Source: Tubulanus polymorphus (lineage: Eukaryota; Animalia; Nemertea). Taken from it: a stretch of 64,000 bases of DNA. The notes below the pieces were generated by a model, which saw only the letters and a program-made list of their open reading frames with translations, ran no database searches and was not told where the DNA came from. The stretch is taken from positions 12,030,088 to 12,094,087 of the forward strand of contig NC_134031.1 in NCBI RefSeq assembly GCF_964204645.1, read 5' to 3'. Position 1 is the first letter of the stretch; every line of letters begins with the position of its first letter. Positions 39,590 to 54,456 of this stretch are shown piece by piece. Both the position numbers and the translations under genes were made by a program.

Positions 39590-41233
39590 CTGATATGCAC
39601 CATGCCTCCAAAGAAATGTATTTAGCGTCGGATATTGTGTCGAGAATTTCAAATTGATAGATTTTCAGATCTTCCAACCACACAGGGTTCGTATCTCACA
39701 TAGCATTGAAGTAGGCCCACCATATACCGGTGCCGATCGGTTACTGTAAAAACGATAATCCATTAATCATTTATCTTTAATGTATATAAAAATTATTATA
39801 CTTCATAGACAAGAATTATTTGATTATCGTTTCACAAGTACCCACAACTCGGAAGCCCTGTGCAGCATGTATAGATAAAACATTGTATTCATTCCCTATG
39901 CCTGCAGATGACAGCAGCCAATGAGTCATTTGGGAAAACCCATTCCATGTATTGATCTACTGCTGCAGATAATAGTTGGTGGCTTCCACTTCGCGAGATG
40001 CTGTATCTCTTCATATATGGTTGATTAATAAATGACTTAGAAAAACGTTTCTTTTTGGAAAATATTCTGGAAAGCAGGTCCATTTTCCTGGAAAGAAAAA
40101 TATTCCTTAAATTGGTCGGGTCTGGTGTATGAACCAATTAAGTTGATTGACAAGCGCAGCTTCGGGCCTCAATTTGTCGATGACGTCAGATATAAACAAT
40201 AACATTACCATGTGCGCAATGCAAACAGACAAATGGGAAAAAAATATTTTGATACATACATGTATTTGAATAGGCGTAACAGAGATTCCTTTGACTTTTG
40301 ATGAATTTAACTTAAGCCAGCTAGTGGATGGAATAATTCAATAGTCCCCACATTGTATTCCACAAAGTCTCAAATAATTTCTGCTGACCTTTATTATTCT
40401 GCGCATGATATTAGATTTTTCTTTATTTAAGGATATGAACAGCAAAGAAACATTTGGCAGATACATTTCATGACTGATCACACCCTCTGGGTCGATATTT
40501 CATCATTTTCTGATGTTACTCAGTATTGCTGAAGATGGCTTTTGTTGAAACTTTGGAATAAACCTCCAGCTCAAGGCATCATTTTCGTACTTCCTCATCA
40601 TTATTGTGGAATCTCGTTATATTATCATCACAGCACTGATGTAGTGTTTTATCAATCATGTCAGGTGGCTACATTCGATTTATTTAATAAATCTTTTTGT
40701 CCTTTACTCGAGTTTTCCAGTGATTATTACTTGGTTGACTTATTTTGCATCATCTAACCACCAATGATAAGTCTTTAAACTGACTCCTAAAATGGAATAA
40801 TCTTGACTAAACCTTGATTGATTACGAAGTACTATTCACACATCGATGAGATGTATTACTGGTTTGCTAATCTATGTAACTACTCTTAACAGGACTGCTT
40901 CTTCGAACCTCAGGACTCTAAAGTCCTCTTGTTATAGACTTTGTAGCGTTGCGAATTATAGTTATGAGACAAGCCATGCATCGGCGAGGGAGGTGTAGAA
41001 ATTCGGAATGGATTATACGAATTCAACGAAATGGCCTCATCAGTAAATGTTGTGAATAATGCTTAGCTTGTTCCAGTGACTTTTATCGATTTTCTTTTTT
41101 TAGGAATAACATGTAACTAGTTAATAGAATACTGAATCTGATTTACGGACCTTATCTTACCTTTCCTCTGACAAAAGTCTCCCTGCACCCCTATTTTGAC
41201 AGTGAAATTAAATCAAATGTTCTTATTCATTAG

Positions 41234-41387
41234 ATTGAGAGCGGAAGATGGAAAATTTGAAGATGTTGGTGATTTTAGCGATTTCTATGCTCCACCTCCA
41301 CCTGGATTAGATGAAGAACAAATCCGTATATTACAGGAGCAACAGGATGGAGAACTGGCAAAACTTCTTCAAGAACAGGAACATAAA
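41234..41387 (+). CDS. CCDC50: Internal exon of a host gene, CCDC50-like (MIU-type ubiquitin-binding helix)
   Basis: LRAEDGKFEDVGDFSDFYAPPPPGLDEEQIRILQEQQDGELAKLLQEQEHK; acceptor ttcattag, donor gtaaat; DxELAxxLQxQE motif. Gene identity is by motif recall. Confidence 0.65.
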
Positions 41388-42698
41388 GTAAATGTTATTC
41401 CCTTACTTTTTTCTGCATATTAAATTTGTGGAATATTTCAATGCAGAATTTGATTACTTTCTCATATCCACATTCTTAGTGGATTTACCCTGAAACTTTC
41501 TGTTTCACATTCAGGATTGGCAAAAGAGCTGGCCATGTCAATGGCAAATATAGGATATCATATCAAATACTAATCACTCGTTCATAGCTTTAGATGTAAT
41601 TGATTTATCTGCGTAAAAGGCATGTTTTATAAAATACTATAGGATATAGTTGCGGTTGAGTAATGTCCCGCAATCGCTATCAACCCAGCCTTCGCCACTA
41701 GGGTATGTTGAATATTGAATTATGTACAATTGGTCTATTTGTATCGATACCTGTCACTATTTTGTAACTACAATCAAAAGTTGTAGTTCATGACTTGTTC
41801 TATGATTTTTGTGAATTTCAAGGGTATTGGTTTATAGACAGCTTAGCTGCCAACTGACCCGCAGGCTTTGCACCAAAATGAAATTGAAATACTATCCGCG
41901 TAATTTCCCTGAGCTGCTGTTAAGACAGCTGAGAGAAATTTAATTTCAAATAGCATAATCATCGTAAAGTAGTGCTACTTTAAAGTTTAACGAGCATGCT
42001 CAGAGCAACTTCACGTTTTTATATTCTTAATATCACAAAACAGGAATATTGTTGAATTACCAGCTTATAGCATCAAATTTTTTAAGATGAGTCTGATATT
42101 TGCACGACTGTTTTTCATCATTAATTGAAGTCATTTTATTGACGTTTCGCATTAAATATCCATTTTGGAGCCTAATTATTTGTATCAGTTTAGTGATGAG
42201 CATTCGCGTTGAAAACAGTCCTGTACAGTCGCGTAGGCAGTACGCTATATTGCCTTTTCTAGCGTTAAAAGTGTGTATGTATCAGTTATAGATAATGCGC
42301 ACCAAGGTCACGCATAACAACGATTTGTCTGAGTGAAGATGTAAACTTGCCTGCCTACTTAAAGCAATCAGGGGGACTATCGGGAAATGCTTAAAAACCA
42401 TGTCAGTCGATAAACTTTATTTCATCAGTAACGGCACTGGCCTCAAATTTGCATAAAGTTGGGAGCTTCTGTCCTAATTGGGCCGTATGATAATAAAAAA
42501 CCTCCGATGAAACCCAGGCTCTCACTCTGCCAGGTGACTCATAGTTTTAGTTGTTTTATATGTCATTCTGTGAATGTATTAAATTATGAACATTAATTTG
42601 TTGAGACACAATTCCCATGATAAGTTTTTCGAAAATTTCATTCTCGTTAAAAGTCTGTTATCACTGACCATAATTAAGTCCTTTTTGATGTATTTTTT

Positions 42699-44436
42699 CT
42701 TTTTGGTTTACCTTTGTCAGCGATATGATGTTGGCATTGAGCCAATTCATGTAAAATCGCGGTACATTTTTTTATGTGAGCATTTGTTTCATTGGTTCTC
42801 GGCTTAAAAGACGTATAATCGATGCGATTGAAGACATGGCGAACCTCCGTCGATGACATGGTCAACTGAGTTAAAATTCTACGAAAAACTGTTTTTGGCG
42901 GGAAAATTCTTAGCTCTCGCGTATAAAATTGCAATGACCTCGATTGGGGGGGCGTTGTCTCTACGAACAAATGGGATTGTTTTTTGGATATACGGGGAAT
43001 TCCGGCGCTACTAAAATTATGGGAAAGCCATAGAATGGTGTACGTTTCATTGGACTAGGTGCCGTATACGTGCCGATTTCAAATGCTCATTGCTGGTGAG
43101 GATGTAATTATTTCACTCATCTGCCATAGGTATTGTTTCATTTTAATACCCGGTGATTGTTTTGATTGACATTGAGGTGTAAGCGAATATTCACTTACAC
43201 GAGGCCTCCACATGCACGCGGAGTGCTACACCACACACACACACACACACAAGCTCGTACAGTACACTACGGTGTGATGCTGTAACGCGTGAACGTTTGA
43301 TATGAAAATAGGCTGAATAATCATAGCAGAAGATGAGCGCTGTGTTTTCTGTTCGATAGAATTTGTAATAAATTGTAATTTCTTGTGACCTGAAAATACT
43401 AAGCAGCAAACTAAAAGGTCTGTCGAGGTCTGAATATTGTAGTGGTAAATTCCAGGACTTAAAACGATCTAATAGCCGATTTCTTCTGTACCACCGATAT
43501 TTTAGCTTCCGTGGCCAACATTGGAAGAGGTTTCCAAGAACCAATATTCAGCCACCCTCTGATATGTGATGAATTTTAGGCCATCCCAAAATAATGGTCT
43601 GTTTGCCGTAACCCGACCAACCTGACTTCAGAGGTACCGAGTGAAAACTTTTTTCTAGGATTCATTGAAATAAATTTTATTTTTGATAAAAACAGCCGAC
43701 CGACTATGAGCTACGTATGTTTGAATTCTAGTGTGCATGGTGTGAAAACATGCCTTGACATGTGGCCTAGTTTAAGTTTCCAGGAAACTGGCAGTGTTCC
43801 AATAAGCTGCCATTCATTCTAATAGTGACTAAAGTGACTGAATAGCTGGTAACGTGAAAGCGCGCACATATTCAATGTACCGTTTCATTTTTAAGACAGA
43901 GATGACGCTCTGGACGAAGTTATAATTTTAGAATAATTCTTGAAATCTACGCTATTAGACAAATTTCCTGTGCGCAACGTAGATGATTTTTTGCGATATT
44001 GTTTCCATGTAAAAAAGCCCAAAGGTGAAAAATTTGTTTTTTTTTTTGCCCAAAAATTTTGCAAAAAAAAAAATTCTACCTACCTACCGACTCATCCTGA
44101 AAAGTTGAGTCGGTGTTGCAGCAAACAGACAATTATTTTGGGATGGCCTTATTTGAATATTTTTTCATATTATATTAAACATATTTTTTTGAAAATATAA
44201 AATAGTTTCCCTGCCGTGCCTACCTGTACCCTACAAACTTTTAGACGTGGACCGCAAACAAATGTATATCTTTGGTCTTATTTGACTACAAAATAATTCT
44301 TTAGGAAAGATAAAATACAATATAAACTGTGGATCTTTGAAGTCACGAATTAAAAAGATTTTTCAAGCAATGCCCTTACTCCAAACAACCTCTAGCTTTC
44401 AAGGTAAACCACACTTTGCCCATGGGCAATTTATTT
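42699..44436 (+). repeat. ~1.75-kb interspersed repeat copy 1, containing MITE family A copy 3 (43579-44148)
   Basis: Colinear with 60831-62599; MITE flanked by TTA. Confidence 0.85.
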
Positions 44437-44689
44437 AATTTTCAATGCGCACTAGAACAGATGCTTTGATCAATTACCTTGATCTTTCGTATATCATTGA
44501 ATCCCCCCAGGGCCCATCAGCATAACAAAGATTCAATTGATTAAGGTCGATGTCAATTTTGGCCCAAATTCTGAGCTCTATAGCTTCCTACTGGTTTTCC
44601 ATTTCTTATGCAATTGCTGATGGGTATTCTTTGGAAAGGGATGTTTTATACCTGAGACAGGTATATTTGATCAGCCAATTATGACGCAA

Positions 44690-45406
44690 TCGGCGGCCAT
44701 CTTTGTGTCATCAGTACTCATTCATAGGTGGGAAAAAGTTTTTCGATATTATATTGATACCTAATCATATTTTGTTACCACAATGGATTAGAAAGTTATA
44801 GCTTATAACGTGTCCTATGATTGTTCTGAGTTTCAAGGTCATTGGTTTTTGTACATGGCCACCAGGGGGCGTTGAATAATACAATATCTTAGTATTTCTA
44901 TATTATATTTGTACCAATGCTTATTTTGTTGTCACAATCACTTGCAAAGTTGTAGCTCATGACATCTATGATTGTGGTAAGTTTTAAGGACATTAGTTAT
45001 TCTATATGGTCACCATGGGGCGTTGAATAGTAGAATAACTTAGTATTTCCTCATGATATTGGTACCTAGGCATATTTTGTTACCATGATCAATTGCAAAG
45101 TTGTAATTCATGACATGTTCTACAATTGTGGTGAGTTTCAAGGTCATTGGCTTTTGAATGTGGTCACCAGGGGGCGTTGAATAGTAGAATAACTTAGTAT
45201 TGCCATATCAAATTGGTAACGAGGCCTATTTTGTTATCACAATCAATTACAAAATTGTACCTGCGGACATGTTCTATGATTGTGGTGAGTTTCAAGGTCA
45301 TTGGTTTTTGTATATGGTCATCAGAGGGTGTTGAATATTGAGATTGTTAGATTGTTGAGCATTTCAAACCACTTCCCAAGTGGGCACGGTGTCCCTGGAC
45401 CCCTAG
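44690..45406 (-). mobile_element. HINE-like element related to 28609-30582, opposite orientation
   Basis: ccacttcccaagtgggcacggtgtccctggacccctag is the reverse complement of the 29249 end; cores contain caccagggggcgttgaata. Confidence 0.6.
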
Positions 45407-45676
45407 TTGCCATATGTTTTTCTTTGTAAAAACATGTATCTTTTTATGCCTTTATTTGTGATTCCTGAAAACTGGTCCATTTTCCTGAAAATGAGTTGCA
45501 AAGGTTGGAGGGTCTGCATAGTGACAATTAAAAGTTCATTGTTTCTATGGTATCTAACTTTTGAGCAACTGGCTGGCCCTGGTCGCATGAAATATCGAAA
45601 TTGTCATGCATTTTTTCAAAAGCGCATGTTGTCCCTGGACAGGCCACATACAGGCAACATGTTATTTTCTTTACAG

Positions 45677-45820
45677 AGAGGTGCTCAGGTTGGTCGTGAG
45701 AAATTCAAAGATATTGAATCAAAAGATGCTGAATTAGCTGCCATTATACAAAAACAGGAAAATGTTAAACTGAACAAGCTTAGAATGAAAATGAAGAATA
45801 TGTCAACTGAAGATTGTGAG
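45677..45820 (+). CDS. CCDC50: Next internal exon of the CCDC50-like host gene
   Basis: RGAQVGREKFKDIESKDAELAAIIQKQENVKLNKLRMKMKNMSTEDCE; acceptor ttttctttacag; phase 0 matches the previous exon; second DxELA motif. Confidence 0.65.
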
Positions 45821-46199
45821 GTTTGTGGTTTAAAAAAAACTTTGTGATCACTCTAGACGTATCGGCCACTCTCCGTAAGGTTGTGCTACTGTGCGGCACT
45901 TACGCAAAGCAGCAGAACGCAAGCATGGCCACATGTATTCACAATATAAAGGATATGGTATGAATTTCAATTGTTTCCGCTGTTAGGGTAGTTAGGCACG
46001 AGATAACTATTTGATAGGATATGGTGAAGTTAAAAAAGGGTATTGCAGCAGTGTAGCTAGTAAAGAACTGTCCCTATTGTGTGTTAACAGTCAAAAACAT
46101 ATAAAATTGTGTAGTTACACAACTATTTGCAGTGAATTGCGGACGAAACATTAAGCCCTAATGGCTGTTTACAAAAAGATGATAGCAATCACAATTGTA

Positions 46200-46665
46200 A
46201 GAAAAAATGAGATAGGACCTAAGTTAACAGTCTTGTCATTTCAAAATTTTTGTTTACCTTTGATAGCGATAGTAGAGTTAGCATTCAATAGTGAATTCTT
46301 AAATTTAGATATGAAAAAGCACAATTGAAATTTTGTTATTGCTTGAAAAGTAAGGATAGGCCTACCTAAGTTTTTGATGATGGGGCTGTACGATCTAAGA
46401 AGGCAGCCTTTGATATTACCCTGAATGCACGCTTTTGAAGTAGAATTATTGGCCTGATTCTTGATTCATAGTTATTGCCCCAGATAAAATCGCAGTATTT
46501 GAGATACGGGTTAACAAAACTATAGTTTAAGGTTTTCGTCACTAAAACTGGCAATTTTCTTTTAACTCTATTTTAAACACCGGGTCTACGGGAGATCTTT
46601 TTACAGACAAGTGATATGTGGTCAGACCACGTCAGTTTACTATCAATATATAATCCAAGGCTTTA
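46200..46665 (-). mobile_element. LINE (CR1/L2 group) reverse transcriptase 3' fragment
   Basis: LGLYIDSKLTWSDHISLVCKKISR ... YSFVNPYLKYCDFIWG ... LQKRAFRVI, with frameshifts. Confidence 0.75.
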
Positions 46666-47450
46666 TTGGGACGTTTCCAATTTTTATAGCACTGTAAGGG
46701 GTACCCTTGAAAATGACATTTTTGGCGAACCGTAGGTTTGCCCATGCAAACGGTTTGATGAAGCAGTTTTCATTGAAAATGAAAAGAGTACCGGTGTGTC
46801 AACAAGGCACAAACATTGGCTGTTAAACCGATTGTGTTGATTTGTGGTTTTATTGTTTGGCTTAATGAGTTCTCGAGCCCACAAAAATTTCATAGTAATC
46901 GAGTTATTTTTAGGGGACTTATTCATGAAAAACACGCAAAACCCTGCTTTTTAGCACTAAGTAATGGCACTTTTTTATATATGACAATTTTCATGCTTGC
47001 AATTGAAATATATAAAAGTTCGATCCTTCCTTTTAGTTCGACTGATCTCAATGTACTTTTCGACCTACAGGCCCTCACTTTATAAACCCCCTAAATTTCC
47101 TCGCTTCTATTTATTTGAGTTGACCTTGTAACCTGAGCTACAATGAATGTGATTGGCTGTTTGTGGGATATACGGGAAATTCCGGGAATTCCGGCGCCTC
47201 TGATGTAATTGGGAAAGCCCAATGTGAAACCCAAGACAAAATGGCGAACATTTTATTCGATTAGGTATCGTACGTTTGCTTATAATTTGTTCCTTGACAC
47301 GAATATAGGCGAGTACGCTATTCAATTCAGTTGCAATTCTGAACTTGCAAGTATGACGATACCAATGACAGGGCTCGTAGTGGGTCTTCCAAGTCATTTA
47401 AGAAAAAAATCATAGCTGGTATTTTTTTTATTTCTAGAAAAAAAAAGTCC

Positions 47451-47512
<62 letters not shown>
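47451..47512. repeat. (TA)n microsatellite
   Basis: Direct reading. Confidence 0.95.
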
Positions 47513-47519
<7 letters not shown>

Positions 47520-50500
47520 TCATATGTTTTTGACATTTTGTGGATGGAGGTATCCTGACTTGTGAAATTACGGCCAATCTAATACTCGTCGCTAGTAAAT
47601 TTGTAAATACGCGCGTCAGCAGTCAGCCGCGTGTGTGAGAATATAGGTTACTGTATATGGCTGTGGGTGTTAGTAATCACCTGAGCGAGTCTATAGGCCT
47701 ATATAGCACAGTGACTCGGCAATCATAGTATACACAGAACTCTAACACATCCGCAGGCGCATATATTGTCAGCCTCACATCTTCAATCCAAATTAATTTT
47801 TATTTAGTATAATATTTTTGACAATATATGCACTAAATGATTTAATGGTGAGCCACAGGGCCATTGGACCTTTATTTAAGATTTAGAGACAATTTGTTAT
47901 CTTGAAACCATATGCGAAGTTCGATGAGTTGATATATGTATCTAGGTCACTATGCCTAAGGTACCCCCTAGACCTACTGAATCAAAAAAATTATTGCTAT
48001 CTGTATTCATCAATACCTTTATAAACAGATAATCCCTCTCCTCAGTCCATATCAGTGCCATTCTCGCTGTTAGAATTTAGACTTCATAGCTCCATGTCAC
48101 TTTGTAAAGACTCTAGGCACTATACGTCAATAATTGTATAGTTTTGTGCGAGCGCGTGCTGCATTTCCGGTGGTATTAATATCCATGGATTTCCCGTGTG
48201 TTAGAAATTTAAAAATCAATGCCAAAAAAGGTCACACTGCTGCGTTCAGCCCGGGCTAATAGACTAACCAGCGGCCTAAATTTTTTGCAGCAGCGGGCAG
48301 TCCATTGCACTTAAATCCTGGCTTTGCACTTGAATACAATGCCATCGGCAAAATTTCACTGAGAAATTTGATTTCAAACGCATTATCATCTGTAACTGGC
48401 GTTGATTTAAATCTTCCGACAAAAGTATTGCCCTAAATCGATAAGCTCGATTAATGTGCCACATTTATGCAATTCTCAAAATCAGCAAAAATAGCAGTCT
48501 TTTCACTATGAGTGGTTTTTCCTATAACGTGTACATGCCATTTTTGTACATTTAAATGTGATACATGTCGATGCACCTGTGATCAATGAACTTGTATCTA
48601 AAAGGCACATTGGAAGCAAACATTGCACACCTGCTAACCCCTACGGGATTTCTGTATTTGCTACGGATTTTAATAGCTAAATACGGAAGTATGGATGCAC
48701 GGATGCTCTGTAAAAACCACAGTTTTTCATCCATTCTTTTCAAAATACGGATTTGTTTTATCTTGCTGTATGAAAATACGGCTATAGTATATCATCACAT
48801 CTGTGAATACGATTATGAACTTTCAAAAACAGGAGTACAGGTTTGTTTACTTCTACTGCTTGTACATCGGTTCAGAGTATTGATTAGCACAGTTAGTTAC
48901 CTAATCGTTGGTGGTAAGCTTTTTATAATTGGATGGGCTCATACCAAGGTAAGGGATGACAAGGGTCAAAACACGGTTAAAAAAGTAACACTTCAAAAAT
49001 ATACTTTCTATTGACTTCGGTCCACAATTACCGGCTTCATTCACAAACTAACACAGGTACCTTTCGAAATAATCCAATTTTATGTATGTTTCGAGCGATT
49101 GATCAACATTTTTTTTAGAAATTAATATCTCCACAAATTCCGCCATTGGCTGCCATTTCTCTGTTTTGCACACATGTGGCATGATAGACAAGGTGACCTA
49201 CGAAGATTTATATAAAACTTCCGCGAAGACGAAACGACAATTTTTATTTTCGATAGTTTTCCAACGTATATTTCAAATCTTCGTGTTTTCCATACCATAA
49301 TAAATAATGAAAATATAGCTGCATAGCAGCGATAACGGGTTTCTGCCTAATTGGTTCATATGTCGAACTGGGAAGCGTACGAAGATTTCATCGAAATAAT
49401 TCTAGCCCATAACATATGACTATTGCCAAGAAGTGCAACCTGGGTCAACATTATGCTGGATATGTGGATATTAGGAGTCCATTTGTCAAAGCATCGAAGC
49501 AATACAGTCCAACTTGTTTATGTCTCAGATGGAGCGCGCGGGGCAGGGTCGTCATTATATTGCTGACTTATCTAAATTACACTTACACAGCGCAACGTGT
49601 TTCAGTGAGTAAACTCAGTCGTACTCGGCATTATAGGAGAGTGAGGAATTGAATTTTAGCCACCTGAGCCCTTGGCTTGATTCGAGCAAAAGACCTTAAA
49701 TGACTTCACAGAATTTGATTATGAGTCTAGGATTTTCAAAATGTTTGAAGAATGCTTTCTCTGGTTTTGAGATCAATTAAAATTCACTCCTGAATACATT
49801 AGTAAAAAATTAGTCAAATAGATTCTTATTTTATTGAAAGAAATTCTACACAGATTTTGAAATGAATTATGTGTCGATTGATCCAGACGAAATAAATATA
49901 GCTAAATCAACTGACGATCAACAAGGTGGGGTTTTCATTTATCTTCGGATAATTTGTCTACCCCTGATGATACAAGCATTTTGGGGACATCTTTTGAAAC
50001 CTCAACGCTTTATCTGCGCACGTCAATTAGTCAGCCACAGTCGATTTTCATGCCATCTGACCTCTTTCCACCTGTAATTAAGCAATCTAATGAAAGAATT
50101 ACTCAGTTATATAATATAATAGAGGGGTGAGAGAAAGTATAATAAATATTTAAATCGTGCGTTTGTCGTGAAACATCTATTACTACTGTCTCGCAGAGCA
50201 TAGACACCGACCGTTAAGCCATGTGGAATTGGTATTTTAAGGGCTATTCGGTTTACTCTAAAACAAGTTTCTGATAAACTTTTAAAAGCTTCATAGCAAG
50301 GGTATATCGTAATACTCTTGATGCCTGTGAATTATCATCCCATAATAACTATGAATCCATTGCTGCATGTACACTAGCACGACTGATTACTGATCCAAAT
50401 ATTTTAAACATGACATTAGAATAAAACAATTACACAATACGTCAAGTACTTACAGCATCTGAGACGCTTAATTTGAAACGTACACTTGCACACTGTGGTT

Positions 50501-51449
50501 TATATATATTGCCACCAGTTGCAAGAATCGGCAAAGGAATTGAAGACCGTAGTGACCAGTTCATTCCACGATTTATAGCTGGAAAGAAAGTAATCGAAAT
50601 GAATAGTCGTATACATAAGTGTAAACCAGTCCCTTACTGACTACTAAGGCTTTCAAATGGCTCTACACACTACATTAAGGGCCTAAATCTAGGCGTATCC
50701 CCCAAAACGCTAGGCATTAGGCAAGTAGGTAGCCAACAATGATCATTGCTTTGCCGAGTACTCATTTGCTATCATATGTACTCATATCATAGCACCACCC
50801 AGTGAAAAGGTAACCATAGCTGCAGTTAGACCAAGAAATCATGTCTAACATTCCCTGGTTAGTGGATTCTCACCTTAAATTGCATAAACTCTGCTGTCGT
50901 TGTCTTCGATGCGAGTCGTCAAGTTAACGCGGAAGTAAAATTCCATAGGAAAATCCCTACCATTCCTGTCCATATTACATTGATTTGAGCCAGAAATCTT
51001 CAGGAAATGTAACTTAACTTGACTTACTTATAGAATTAACCAATTGACTCATTTTAGGGATCATAGTTCATTAAAGTCCTAAAACTCGCCATAAATTTGC
51101 GATAAATTTAAGCTGAAAATGATTTCAACTATCCGCCATGTTGGCTGCATATTGTCCGCAGTAAATGACGGATCCGGACTAATTGTAAGTCTGAATTCGC
51201 GATTTACGGTTGAGATTGACGCTCAAGGTCATGCGATAATTTGTAGGCTTTTCGGGATGTACTATTATCAATGGATGACAATGCTTTGCGTTATTCTTGT
51301 CGCTGTTAAGACCCGGTAATTACACGGGATTAATTCATAATAAATTACTATACGCAAATTCGAAATGGTCAGGCACTGAGTTAAGCTGTTAGTGGTCGAA
51401 TCTGAGAGTTACATTTTATGAAAAAGTTTTGGCTGGAAAGTGGAAAATT

Positions 51450-51450
<1 letters not shown>

Positions 51451-51482
<32 letters not shown>

Positions 51483-51483
51483 C
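51451..51483. repeat. (AAT)n microsatellite
   Basis: Direct reading. Confidence 0.9.
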
Positions 51484-53525
51484 AACAGAATTACAAGATG
51501 GTTACTGCGAAAGCAGCAGAAACCCTAATAATACATTCTGGTTAAAGAAAAATGTAAATTAGTGTTGGTTTCTTAAATTTTTCGATTTTGTTGTTTCGTT
51601 TGTTTGTGTTGTTGTCCTGGCCTTAGTCCACAGGTGCCATCACCCTCCACAAGTTTTCAAAATGACCGCCGCTGAACCGACAGAAATTTACTCCCATTTT
51701 ATGCCCGATTTGCACATGGACTAAGATCGTCAGGTGAGGTGTGATGGGTTTCAAACAAACTACGAATCTGTTGTGTGTTGATTACAACAAAAATTGGACG
51801 GATATCTCACAAAAGACCAGAAAATGTGAGGCAAATTACTCGTGAGTCCAATTGACTCGCATAGATTTATTGAAAAATGACCTTCCCATTCCTGACTGTG
51901 GTTTGTGAAACTAAACCACAGAGAGGTTACTGACTGTGATTAGCACTGAGTTATAGCAGTGCGTCTATCTGTTCTTTCACTGCATTGCTGCTATGTGTGA
52001 TCAATATAATCCCTTTACACACGCTATACACACAGTCGCTCATGACAGCATACCAATGCTCACATTGGCGCGCACGTTAAGAATCTAAGTTTTCATACAG
52101 TGATACAGTGTTTGAATGAAAAGTTTTTAAGAATAGAGGACCTAAGTTCCTGTGCTCTCGAGGTACAGCTTTTTATAATATCGATGAAAACATATTACAT
52201 TGTTCATTCTACTACTCTTTACTCTTTAGATTATGCAGATCTGTTTGCTTTAACAACTGCCCTGGGCACTACAATGAGACTTGACGCCTCGGACAGTGAT
52301 AGGCAGGAACAAATATGTCAGATGGATTTGTTATGCTTTAAACTTTAGAGTGAAATATGGCCGGTTATATGACCAATATCTATCACTTTCAAAGACTTTT
52401 TAATAATAATTTGACTGATAACAACTTTAATGAAAATCGATTAATAACTTTATTTCATTCAAAATAATAATTCCCCATGGGCCAAGAGGTTTTTCCACAG
52501 CCTTATGAAGTACAGAGATCAGAGCACACAAGATGCCCATACGAAGACTGGATCGCTACGGACAAGCCGTGTCATGACAATGAATGGCGATTAGTTATAT
52601 CCTAAACAATACTAGTTCTCCTGTTCGGTGTTTTCTATATGCAGATAAGTATTGCATAAAATTCATTAGAATATACATACGCACGTTTTATTCACCAAAA
52701 TATGCACTGGTGCACCAAAAATCAATTTTAGAATGCAAAATATTTTCAAATCAATATTTCTATTTTCATACAATATAGATTTAGAACACAAGTTTGGCAA
52801 GGAAAATGTGTTATAAACAGTCCATCGACGGGACTCCATAGCAGGTGCGCGTAGCTCTGATTGGTTGTTGCGATGCATAGGGAACCCCATTAATGAGAAA
52901 TCTCCAGATGCTGACTGTTGCTACGCAATACGTCTGCAGTAAATGAATAAAAGCACGTCACACTGCCATACAGCTCGGCGATAATTTCGCTCTTACTAAA
53001 AATTTTAAGCTTTCGAGACCATTGTCTGCAAACTTTTTAAATTTAAAGACTCCCACTGACTTTCCCAGCGCAAAACAAGGGATTTAAGACAACTACGGTA
53101 CCGACCCTTGGTGCAAGGTGCCTTTTCACGCCATGTGATGTAGTCATCCCCATATTAATTCAACTTGTAAAGTAAATTTATCCCAACGAATTATTGATAA
53201 AATATTATTCAAAAATCTTCTTGATATTATTCTGATCAACTTTTATCACCATTCAACCCAATATTATGTGAAATAATCTTAAATAAAAAGTTGCCAGACC
53301 TATTTTTGCAGCGTATTTAACCCCATTAATCAGATCTTTCCTTTATTTGATGACTGTAAAAATGGTGTGCTTTGGTTCGCGGTAAACATACACGACACGA
53401 TGCCGACACCCTCATATTAGCTCTCATTCCTCGAAGGCTAATAAATAAATTTTCAATGAATATTTTATCGTGACCTGAAAAATACTAAGTAGTAGACAAG
53501 TATTGTGTTCTGTGTTTTCTTTTTA

Positions 53526-54001
53526 GACCCTGCGGCACACTGCATAACATTTGTTTCACCAAAGCAGAAAGCCTGTTTTTCGTAAAATGTTTTGCCTGCA
53601 AGCGATAAAGTGTTCAATGAACGCAGCATAACGAAAACGCACAGAAAACATTTCTTGCACCACGGAATCCATGGAGACAACAATAACCTCAGTTATTCAC
53701 ATCAATTTTTATATAATGTCATGTGACGCAGCGATGCTCACTCATTGATTACTCGGCCATGGATGTTTTGCAATACACAAAACATCCACCGCACACGGGG
53801 CGAAAAACGTTTTCGACTACACAAAACGTTTTTCGCAAATCAAGCAGAGTTTGTTATGTTTGTTTGTTTGTTTGTTATGTGAAAAACGTTTTTCTGTTCA
53901 GCATATTGTGTTTTGCCTCTCCCGCACACGGCATAACAAAAAACATCGAAAAACATTTTTCACAAGGAAAAAACGTTTTTGCGGTGCCATGTGCGGCGGG
54001 C
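53526..54001. mobile_element. Decayed MITE
   Basis: Ends gaccctgcggcaca / tgtgcggcgggc; internal aaaacgtttt repeats. Confidence 0.55.
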
Positions 54002-54456
54002 TTTTACAATTATTTTCCTGACTTAATTAATAGATATTTTCGCCATTGGGTATAAAACCCACTACTCAACCTTTCATTACCTGATAGTGGCAGCAACTGC
54101 CTGATACCTTTTCCATAATACTGAAGTAGATTCACTCCCGGGAAAAGATCAATATTGCTTAATTCAATGCCACATTTTTAACATACTGTCTGTTTTTTAT
54201 TCTTCCGATCCTCAGATATTGGTTCTCTTTGACCGGAGGAACAAAGAAAAAAATTTAAAATGTGAAGAACATTCAATTTTATTTTTTTTAGTTAATTCTG
54301 TTTTCTGATACCACTAATACCCTAAAGGAAACTACTGATTTTATGATATAAAACTACGGATGCTTAATTGGAAAATTAGAATTACTGACAGACAAATATT
54401 CATTAAAACTACTGATGTGAGCTTATTTTTCCTGAGATAAAATATGCAATACTACT

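Noticed and set aside
47330-47512. Second TA-targeted element end at the 47.5-kb (TA)n
   Set aside because: No match to the ATTAACGGGG terminal motif on either side.
52501-52586. Candidate host exon PYEVQRSEHTRCPYEDW...
   Set aside because: Acceptor and phase fit, but there is no canonical GT donor at the needed position.
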